A DNA stretch of 64,000 nucleotides, taken from Auanema rhodensis (taxonomy: Eukaryota; Animalia; Nematoda). Under the pieces are notes generated by a model. The model was not told the DNA's origin, did not search any database, and was given only the letters and a program-made list of their open reading frames with translations. Numbering within the stretch: the stretch's first letter is position 1; each line of letters begins with the position of its first letter. Made by a program: the position numbers and the translations under genes. Shown piece by piece: positions 1-10,800 of this stretch. The stretch is taken from the NCBI GenBank assembly GCA_964057225.1, contig OZ059900.1, positions 17,236,001-17,300,000 of the forward strand, written 5' to 3'.

Positions 1-10
1 AATTAAGGAA

Positions 11-47
11 ATTAGCATATTCTGAGGGCACGCCCTTTATGGCTAAT
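11..47. other. Imperfect dyad/hairpin 1 of the monomer (repeated in most copies)
   Basis: Outer arms attagc(11-16)/gctaat(42-47), extendable through ata/tat. Inner arms agggc(25-29)/gccct(32-36) in T-allele copies. Confidence 0.75.
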
Positions 48-95
48 ATTGATTAAATCGATTTTTGTTCATATGAGTCGTCAAATGCAACGAAT

Positions 96-138
96 TTCAG
101 CGTGTTACATACTAAAATGAAGCATTTTACATGCTGAA
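96..138. other. Imperfect dyad/hairpin 2 of the monomer
   Basis: Inner perfect stem taaaatg(113-119)-aag-catttta(123-129). Outer arms ttcagcgtg(96-104)/catgctgaa(130-138) with one G-T mismatch and an 8-nt bulge. Confidence 0.8.
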
Positions 139-162
139 CGCTAGAAAAATACAAAAACACAG

Positions 163-216
163 TATTTCCCATGAGAAATATTTTATTATGCTGGAAAACC
201 AGTTTTTGGAAATTTC
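163..216. other. Cluster of short dyads in the monomer
   Basis: tatttcccatgagaaata (163-180, one substitution from a perfect 18-bp palindrome), aaatattt (176-183), ctgg-aaaa-ccag (191-202), gaaatttc (209-216). Confidence 0.75.
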
Positions 217-2051
217 GCTGTAAACAAGGTTTTGACTTACGATTTCATGTGTTCAAACTCATGCAATGTCAATGAAACCTAGCTCAAAATTGTTCGTACA
301 ACGTCTAGTTCCACTTTCACGACAAAAAAACAGGGGTTAGAAAATTAAGGAAGTTAGCATATTCTGAGGGCACGCCCTTTATGGCTAATATTGATTAAAT
401 CGATTTTTGTTCATATGAGTCGTCAAATGCAACGAATTTCAGCGTGTTACATACTAAAATGAAGCATTTTACATGCTGAACGCTAGAAAAATACAAAAAC
501 ACAGTATTTCCCATGAGAAATATTTTATTATGCTGGAAAACCAGTTTTTGGAAATTTCGCTGTAAACAAGGTTTTGACTTACGATTTCATGTGTTCAAAC
601 TCATGCAATGTCAATGAAACCTAGCTCAAAATTGTTCCTACAACGTCTAGTTCCACTTTCACGACAAAAAAACAGGGGTTAGAAAATTAAGGAAATTAGC
701 ATATTCTGAGGGCACGCCCCTTATGGCTAATATTGATTAAATCGATTTTTGTTCATATGAGTCGTCAAATGCAACGAATTTCAGCGTGTTACATACTAAA
801 ATGAAGCATTTTACATGCTGAACACTAGAAAAATACAAAAACACAGTATTTCCCATGAGAAATATTTTATTATGCTGGAAAACCAGTTTTTGGAAATTTC
901 GCTGTAAACAAGGTTTTGACTTACGATTTCATGTGTTCAAACTCATGCAATGTCAATGAAACCTAGCTCAAAATTGTTCGTACAACGTCTAGTTCCACTT
1001 TCACGACAAAAAAACAGGGGTTAGAAAATTAAGGAAATTAGCATATTCTGAGGGCACGCCCCTTATGGCTAATATTGATTAAATCGATTTTTGTTCATAT
1101 GAGTCGTCAAATGCAACGAATTTCAGCGTGTTACATACTAAAATGAAGCATTTTACATGCTGAACACTAGAAAAATACAAAAACACAGTATTTCCCATGA
1201 GAAATATTTTATTATGCTGGAAAACCAGTTTTTGGAAATTTCGCTGTAAACAAGGTTTTGACTTACGATTTCATGTGTTCAAACTCATGCAATGTCAATG
1301 AAACCTAGCTCAAAATTGTTCGTACAACGTCTAGTTCCACTTTCACGACAAAAAACAGGGGTTAGAAAATTAAGGAAATTAGCATATTCTGAGGGCACGC
1401 CCTTTATGGCTAATATTGATTAAATCGATTTTTGTTCATATGAGTCGTCAAATGCAACGAATTTCAGCGTGTTACATACTAAAATGAAGCATTTTACATG
1501 CTGAACGCTAGAAAAATACAAAAACACAGTATTACCCATGAGAAATATTTTATTATGCTGGAAAACCAGTTTTTGGAAATTTCGCTGTAAACAAGGTTTT
1601 GACTTACGATTTCATGTGTTCAAACTCATGCAATGTCAATGAAACCTAGCTCAAAATTGTTCGTACAACGTCTAGTTCCACTTTCACGACAAAAAAACAG
1701 GGGTTAGAAAATTAAGGAAATTAGCATATTCTGAGGGCACGCCCCTTATGGCTAATATTGATTAAATCGATTTTTGTTCATATGAGTCGTCAAATGCAAC
1801 GAATTTCAGCGTGTTACATACTAAAATGAAACATTTTACATGCTGAACACTAGAAAAATACAAAAACACAGTATTTCCCATGAGAAATATTTTATTATGC
1901 TGGAAAACCAGTTTTTGGAAATTTCGCTGTAAACAAGGTTTTGACTTACGATTTCATGTGTTCAAACTCATGCAATGTCAATGAAACCTAGCTCAAAATT
2001 GTTTGTACAACGTCTAGTTCCACTTTCACGACAAAAAAACAGGGGTTAGAA

Positions 2052-5000
2052 AATTAAGGAAATTAGCATATTCTGAGGGCACGCCCTTTATGGCTAATAT
2101 TGATTAAATCGATTTTTGTTCATATGAGTCGTCAAATGCAACGAATTTCAGCGTGTTACATACTAAAATGAAGCATTTTACATGCTGAACGCTAGAAAAA
2201 TACAAAAACACAGTATTTCCCATGAGAAATATTTTATTATGCTGGAAAACCAGTTTTTGGAAATTTCGCTGTAAACAAGGTTTTGACTTACGATTTCATG
2301 TGTTCAAACTCATGCAATGTCAATGAAACCTAGCTCAAAATTGTTCCTACAACGTCTAGTTCCACTTTCACGACAAAAAAACAGGGGTTAGAAAATTAAG
2401 GAAATTAGCATATTCTGAGGGCACGCCCCTTATGGCTAATATTGATTAAATCGATTTTTGTTCATATGAGTCGTCAAATGCAACGAATTTCAGCGTGTTA
2501 CATACTAAAATGAAGCATTTTACATGCTGAACACTAGAAAAATATAAAAACACAGTATTTCCCATGAGAAATATTTTATTATGCTGGAAAACCAGTTTTT
2601 GGAAATTTCGCTGTAAACAAGGTTTTGACTTACGATTTCATGTGTTCAAACTCATGCAATGTCAATGAAACCTAGCTCAAAATTGTTCGTACAACGTCTA
2701 GTTCCACTTTCACGACAAAAAACAGGGGTTAGAAAATTAAGGAAATTAGCATATTCTGAGGGCACGCCCCTTATGGCTAATATTGATTAAATCGATTTTT
2801 GTTCATATGAGTCGTCAAATGCAACGAATTTCAGCGTGTTACATACTAAAATGAAGCATTTTACATGCTGAACACTAGAAAAATACAAAAACACAGTATT
2901 TCCCATGAGAAATATTTTATTATGCTGGAAAACCAGTTTTTGGAAATTTCGCTGTAAACAAGGTTTTGACTTACGATTTCATGTGTTCAAACTCATGCAA
3001 TGTCAATGAAACCTAGCTCAAAATTGTTCGTACAACGTTTAGTTCCACTTTCACGACAAAAAACAGGGGTTAGAAAATTAAGGAAATTAGCATATTCTGA
3101 GGGCACGCCCTTTATGGCTAATATTGATTAAATCGATTTTTGTTCATATGAGTCGTCAAATGCAACGAATTTCAGCGTGTTACATACTAAAATGAAGCAT
3201 TTTACATGCTGAACGCTAGAAAAATACAAAAACACAGTATTACCCATGAGAAATATTTTATTATGCTGGAAAACCAGTTTTTGGAAATTTCGCTGTAAAC
3301 AAGGTTTTGACTTACGATTTCATGTGTTCAAACTCATGCAATGTCAATGAAACCTAGCTCAAAATTGTTCCTACAACGTCTAGTTCCACTTTCACGACAA
3401 AAAAACAGGGGTTAGAAAATTAAGGAAATTAGCATATTCTGAGGGCACGCCCCTTATGGCTAATATTGATTAAATCGATTTTTGTTCATATGAGTCGTCA
3501 AATGCAACGAATTTCAGCGTGTTACATACTTAAATGAAGCATTTTACATGCTGAACACTAGAAAAATACAAAAACATAGTATTTCCCATGAGAAATATTT
3601 TATTATGCTGGAAAACCAGTTTTTGGAAATTTCGCTGTAAACAAGGTTTTGACTTACGATTTCATGTGTTCAAACTCATGCAATGTCAATGAAACCTAGC
3701 TCAAAATTGTTCGTACAACGTCTAGTTCCACTTTCACGACAAAAAAACAGGGGTTAGAAAATTAAGGAAATTAGCATATTCTGAGGGCACGCCCCTTATG
3801 GCTAATATTGATTAAATCGATTTTTGTTCATATGAGTCGTCAAATGCAACGAATTTCAGCGTGTTACATACTAAAATGAAGCATTTTACATGCTGAACGC
3901 TAGAAAAATACAAAAACACAGTATTTCCCATGAGAAATATTTTATTATGCTGGAAAACCAGTTTTTGGAAATTTCGCTGTAAACAAGGTTTTGACTTACG
4001 ATTTCATGTGTTCAAACTCATGCAATGTCAATGAAACCTAGCTCAAAATTGTTCCTACAACGTCTAGTTCCACTTTCACGACAAAAAAACAGGGGTTAGA
4101 AAATTAAGGAAATTAGCATATTCTGAGGGCACGCCCCTTATGGCTAATATTGATTAAATCGATTTTTGTTCATATGAGTCGTCAAATGCAACGAATTTCA
4201 GCGTGTTACATACTAAAATGAAGCATTTTACATGCTGAACACTAGAAAAATATAAAAACACAGTATTTCCCATGAGAAATATTTTATTATGCTGGAAAAC
4301 CAGTTTTTGGAAATTTCGCTGTAAACAAGGTTTTGACTTACGATTTCATGTGTTCAAACTCATGCAATGTCAATGAAACCTAGCTCAAAATTGTTCGTAC
4401 AACGTCTAGTTCCACTTTCACGACAAAAAACAGGGGTTAGAAAATTAAGGAAATTAGCATATTCTGAGGGCACGCCCCTTATGGCTAATATTGATTAAAT
4501 CGATTTTTGTTCATATGAGTCGTCAAATGCAACGAATTTCAGCGTGTTACATACTAAAATGAAGCATTTTACATGCTGAACACTAGAAAAATACAAAAAC
4601 ACAGTATTTCCCATGAGAAATATTTTATTATGCTGGAAAACCAGTTTTTGGAAATTTCGCTGTAAACAAGGTTTTGACTTACGATTTCATGTGTTCAAAC
4701 TCATGCAATGTCAATGAAACCTAGCTCAAAATTGTTCGTACAACGTCTAGTTCCACTTTCACGACAAAAAACAGGGGTTAGAAAATTAAGGAAATTAGCA
4801 TATTCTGAGGGCACGCCCTTTATGGCTAATATTGATTAAATCGATTTTTGTTCATATGAGTCGTCAAATGCAACGAATTTCAGCGTGTTACATACTAAAA
4901 TGAAGCATTTTACATGCTGAACGCTAGAAAAATACAAAAACACAGTATTACCCATGAGAAATATTTTATTATGCTGGAAAACCAGTTTTTGGAAATTTCG

Positions 5001-5467
5001 CTGTAAACAAGGTTTTGACTTACGATTTCATGTGTTCAAACTCATGCAATGTCAATGAAACCTAGCTCAAAATTGTTCCTACAACGTCTAGTTCCACTTT
5101 CACGACAAAAAAACAGGGGTTAGAAAATTAAGGAAATTAGCATATTCTGAGGGCACGCCCCTTATGGCTAATATTGATTAAATCGATTTTTGTTCATATG
5201 AGTCGTCAAATGCAACGAATTTCAGCGTGTTACATACTTAAATGAAGCATTTTACATGCTGAACACTAGAAAAATACAAAAACATAGTATTTCCCATGAG
5301 AAATATTTTATTATGCTGGAAAACCAGTTTTTGGAAATTTCGCTGTAAACAAGGTTTTGACTTACGATTTCATGTGTTCAAACTCATGCAATGTCAATGA
5401 AACCTAGCTCAAAATTGTTCGTACAACGTCTAGTTCCACTTTCACGACAAAAAAACAGGGGTTAGAA
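2052..5467 (+). repeat. Tandem 5-monomer duplication (period 1708 bp)
   Basis: The markers aatataaaaa (~2543/4251), two A6 monomers, attaccc (~3240/4947) and tacttaaatg + aacatagt (~3530/5238) recur in order at +1708. Confidence 0.9.
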
Positions 5468-6799
5468 AATTAAGGAAATTAGCATATTCTGAGGGCACGC
5501 CCCTTATGGCTAATATTGATTAAATCGATTTTTGTTCATATGAGTCGTCAAATGCAACGAATTTCAGCGTGTTACATACTAAAATAAAGCATTTTACATG
5601 CTGAACACTAGAAAAATACAAAAACACAGTATTTCCCATGAGAAATATTTTATTATGCTGGAAAACCAGTTTTTGGAAATTTCGCTGTAAACAAGGTTTT
5701 GACTTACGATTTCATGTGTTCAAACTCATGCAATGTCAATGAAACCTAGCTCAAAATTGTTCGTACAACGTCTAGTTCCACTTTCACGACAAAAAAACAG
5801 GGGTTAGAAAATTAAGGAAATTAGCATATTCTGAGGGCACACCCTTTATGGCTAATATTGATTAAATCGATTTTTGTTCATATGAGTCGTCAAATGCAAC
5901 GAATTTCAGCGTGTTACATACTAAAATGAAGCATTTTACATGCTGAACGCTAGAAAAATACAAAAACACAGTATTTCCCATGAGAAATATTTTATTATGC
6001 TGGAAAACCAGTTTTTGGAAATTTCGCTGTGAACAAGGTTTTGACTTACGATTTCATGTGTTCAAACTCATGCAATGTCAATGAAACCTAGCTCAAAATT
6101 GTTCCTACAACGTCTAGTTCCACTTTCACGACAAAAAAACAGGGGTTAGAAAATTAAGGAAATTAGCATATTCTGAGGGCACGCCCCTTATGGCTAATAT
6201 TGATTAAATCGATTTTTGTTCATATGAGTCGTCAAATGCAACGAATTTCAGCGTGTCACATACTAAAATGAAGCATTTTACATGCTGAACGCTAGAAAAA
6301 TACAAAAACACAGTATTTCCCATGAGAAATATTTTATTATGCTGGAAAACCAGTTTTTGGAAATTTCGCTGTAAACAAGGTTTTGACTTACGATTTCATG
6401 TGTTCAAACTCATGCAATGTCAATGAAACCTAGCTCAAAATTGTTCCTACAACGTCTAGTTCCACTTTCACGACAAAAAAACAGGGGTTAGAAAATTAAG
6501 GAAATTAGCATATTCTGAGAGCACGCCCTTTATGGCTAATATTGATTAAATCGATTTTTGTTCATATGAGTCGTCAAATGCAACGAATTTCAGCGTGTTA
6601 CATACTAAAATGAAGCATTTTACATGCTGAACGCTAGAAAAATACAAAAACACAGTATTTCCCATGAGAAATATTTTATTATGCTGGAAAACCAGTTTTT
6701 GGAAATTTCGCTGTAAACAAGGTTTTGACTTGCGATTTCATGTGTTCAAACTCATGCAATGTCAAAGAAACCTAGCTCAAAATTGTTCCTACAACGTCT

Positions 6800-7861
6800 A
6801 GTTCCACGTTCACGACAAAAAAACAGGGGTTAGAAAATTAAGGAAATTAGCATATTCTGAGGGCACGCCCCTTATGGCTAATATTGATTAAATCGATTTT
6901 TGTTCATATGAGTCGTCAAATGCAACGAATTTCAGCGTGTTACATACTAAAATGAAGCATTTTACTTGCTGAACACTAGAAAAATACAAAAACATAGTAT
7001 TTCCCATGAGAAATATTTTATTATGCTGGAAAACCAGTTTTTGGAAATTTCGCTGTAAACAAGGTTTTGACTTACGATTTCATGTGTTCAAACTCATGCA
7101 ATGTCAATGAAACCTAGCTCAAAATTGTTCCTACAACGTCTAGTTCCACTTTCACGACAAAAAAACAGGGGTTAGAAAATTAAGGAAATTAGCATATTCT
7201 GAGGGCACGCCCCTTATGGCTAATATTGATTAAATCGATTTTTGTTCATATGAGTCGTCAAATGCAACGAATTTCAGCGTGTTACATACTAAAATGAAGC
7301 ATTTTACATGCTGAACGCTAGAAAAATACAAAAACACAGTATTTCCCATGAGAAATATTTTATTATGCTGGAAAACCAGTTTTTGGAAATTTCGCTGTAA
7401 ACAAGGTTTTGACTTACGATTTCATGTGTTCAAACTCATGCAATGTCAATGAAACCTAGCTCAAAATTGTTCCTACAACGTCTAGTTCCACGTTCACGAC
7501 AAAAAAACAGGGGTTAGAAAATTAAGGAAATTAGCATATTCTGAGGGCACGCCCCTTATGGCTAATATTGATTAAATCGATTTTTGTTCATATGAGTCGT
7601 CAAATGCAACGAATTTCAGCGTGTTACATACTAAAATGAAGCATTTTACTTGCTGAACACTAGAAAAATACAAAAACATAGTATTTCCCATGAGAAATAT
7701 TTTATTATGCTGGAAAACCAGTTTTTGGAAATTTCGCTGTAAACAAGGTTTTGACTTACGATTTCATGTGTTCAAACTCATGCAATGTCAATGAAACCTA
7801 GCTCAAAATTGTTCCTACAACGTCTAGTTCCACTTTCACGACAAAAAAACAGGGGTTAGAA
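6800..7861 (+). repeat. Tandem dimer duplication (period 684 bp)
   Basis: ccacgttc (G at 6808 and 7492) and tttacttgc (T at 6966 and 7650), together with aacatagt. Confidence 0.85.
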
Positions 7862-10800
7862 AATTAAGGAAATTAGCATATTCTGAGGGCACGCCCCTTA
7901 TGGCTAATATTGATTAAATCGATTTTTGTTCATATGAGTCGTCAAATGCAACGAATTTCAGCGTGTTACATACTAAAATGAAGCATTTTACATGCTGAAC
8001 GCTAGAAAAATACAAAAACACAGTATTTCCCATGAGAAATATTTTATTATGCTGGAAAACCAGTTTTTGGAAATTTCGCTGTAAACAAGGTTTTGACTTA
8101 CGATTTCATGTGTTCAAACTCATGCAATGTCAATGAAACCTAGCTCAAAATTGTTCGTACAACGTCTAGTTCCACTTTCACGACAAAAAAACAGGGGTTA
8201 GAAAATTAAGGAAATTAGCATATTCTGAGGGCACGCCCTTTATGGCTAATATTGATTAAATCGATTTTTGTTCATATGAGTCGTCAAATGCAACGAATTT
8301 CAGCGTGTTACATACTAAAATGAAGCATTTTACATGCTGAACGCTAGAAAAATACAAAAACACAGTATTTCCCATGAGAAATATTTTATTATGCTGGAAA
8401 ACCAGTTTTTGGAAATTTCGCTGTAAACAAGGTTTTGACTTACGATTTCATGTGTTCAAACTCATGCAATGTCAATGAAACCTAGCTCAAAATTGTTCCT
8501 ACAACGTCTAGTTCCACTTTCACGACAAAAAAACAGGGGTTAGAAAATTAAGGAAATTAGCATATTCTGAGGGCACGCCCCTTATGGCTAATATTGATTA
8601 AATCGATTTTTGTTCATATGAGTCGTCAAATGCAACGAATTTCAGCGTGTTACATACTAAAATGAAGCATTTTACATGCTGAACACTAGAAAAATACAAA
8701 AACACAGTATTTCCCATGAGAAATATTTTATTATGCTGGAAAACCAGTTTTTGGAAATTTCGCTGTAAACAAGGTTTTGACTTACGATTTCATGTGTTCA
8801 AACTCATGCAATGTCAATGAAACCTAGCTCAAAATTGTTCGTACAACGTCTAGTTCCACTTTCACGACAAAAAACAGGGGTTAGAAAATTAAGGAAATTA
8901 GCATATTCTGAGGGCACGCCCCTTATGGCTAATATTGATTAAATCGATTTTTGTTCATATGAGTCGTCAAATGCAACGAATTTCAGCGTGTTACATACTA
9001 AAATGAAGCATTTTACATGCTGAACACTAGAAAAATACAAAAACACAGTATTTCCCATGAGAAATATTTTATTATGCTGGAAAACCAGTTTTTGGAAATT
9101 TCGCTGTAAACAAGGTTTTGACTTACGATTTCATGTGTTCAAACTCATGCAATGTCAATGAAACCTAGCTCAAAATTGTTCGTACAACGTCTAGTTCCAC
9201 TTTCACGACAAAAAACAGGGGTTAGAAAATTAAGGAAATTAGCATATTCTGAGGGCACGCCCTTTATGGCTAATATTGATTAAATCGATTTTTGTTCATA
9301 TGAGTCGTCAAATGCAACGAATTTCAGCGTGTTACATACTAAAATGAAGCATTTTACATGCTGAACGCTAGAAAAATACAAAAACACAGTATTACCCATG
9401 AGAAATATTTTATTATGCTGGAAAACCAGTTTTTGGAAATTTCGCTGTAAACAAGGTTTTGACTTACGATTTCATGTGTTCAAACTCATGCAATGTCAAT
9501 GAAACCTAGCTCAAAATTGTTCGTACAACGTCTAGTTCCACTTTCACGACAAAAAAACAGGGGTTAGAAAATTAAGGAAATTAGCATATTCTGAGGGCAC
9601 GCCCCTTATGGCTAATATTGATTAAATCGATTTTTGTTCATATGAGTCGTCAAATGCAACGAATTTCAGCGTGTTACATACTAAAATGAAACATTTTACA
9701 TGCTGAACACTAGAAAAATACAAAAACACAGTATTTCCCATGAGAAATATTTTATTATGCTGGAAAACCAGTTTTTGGAAATTTCGCTGTAAACAAGGTT
9801 TTGACTTACGATTTCATGTGTTCAAACTCATGCAATGTCAATGAAACCTAGCTCAAAATTGTTTGTACAACGTCTAGTTCCACTTTCACGACAAAAAAAC
9901 AGGGGTTAGAAAATTAAGGAAATTAGCATATTCTGAGGGCACGCCCTTTATGGCTAATATTGATTAAATCGATTTTTGTTCATATGAGTCGTCAAATGCA
10001 ACGAATTTCAGCGTGTTACATACTAAAATGAAGCATTTTACATGCTGAACGCTAGAAAAATACAAAAACACAGTATTTCCCATGAGAAATATTTTATTAT
10101 GCTGGAAAACCAGTTTTTGGAAATTTCGCTGTAAACAAGGTTTTGACTTACGATTTCATGTGTTCAAACTCATGCAATGTCAATGAAACCTAGCTCAAAA
10201 TTGTTCCTACAACGTCTAGTTCCACTTTCACGACAAAAAAACAGGGGTTAGAAAATTAAGGAAATTAGCATATTCTGAGGGCACGCCCCTTATGGCTAAT
10301 ATTGATTAAATCGATTTTTGTTCATATGAGTCGTCAAATGCAACGAATTTCAGCGTGTTACATACTAAAATGAAGCATTTTACATGCTGAACACTAGAAA
10401 AATATAAAAACACAGTATTTCCCATGAGAAATATTTTATTATGCTGGAAAACCAGTTTTTGGAAATTTCGCTGTAAACAAGGTTTTGACTTACGATTTCA
10501 TGTGTTCAAACTCATGCAATGTCAATGAAACCTAGCTCAAAATTGTTCGTACAACGTCTAGTTCCACTTTCACGACAAAAAACAGGGGTTAGAAAATTAA
10601 GGAAATTAGCATATTCTGAGGGCACGCCCCTTATGGCTAATATTGATTAAATCGATTTTTGTTCATATGAGTCGTCAAATGCAACGAATTTCAGCGTGTT
10701 ACATACTAAAATGAAGCATTTTACATGCTGAACACTAGAAAAATACAAAAACACAGTATTTCCCATGAGAAATATTTTATTATGCTGGAAAACCAGTTTT

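Larger units (their letters stand above)
1..342 (+). repeat. Reference monomer (342 bp; 58 G + 58 C; 11 CpG; many A/T tracts)
   Basis: Hand count of the first unit. Stops occur in all three forward frames (taa at 4, tga at 23, taa at 54) and all three reverse frames (tta at 3, cta at 43, tta at 53). Confidence 0.95.

Noticed and set aside
213-229. CENP-B-box-like motif tttcgctgtaaacaagg
   Set aside because: It matches 7 of the 9 essential positions (TTCG....A..CGGG) but has CAAG instead of CGGG, losing the second CpG. It is likely chance.
324-340. A6/A7 length variation as sequencing error; gggttag as a telomeric or G-quadruplex motif
   Set aside because: A6 alleles recur in register with duplicated blocks, so most are real. 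gggttag occurs only once per monomer, with too few G-runs for a quadruplex.
1-342. 5S rDNA, tRNA, snRNA or spliced-leader tandem gene unit
   Set aside because: I see no recognisable 5S or tRNA sequence or Pol III A/B/C boxes. An Rfam/Infernal scan would be the decisive test.
1-342. Primate alpha-satellite dimer (2 x 171 bp)
   Set aside because: Only the length agrees. I see no alpha-satellite sequence similarity, and the internal similarity is offset by about 150 bp rather than 171.
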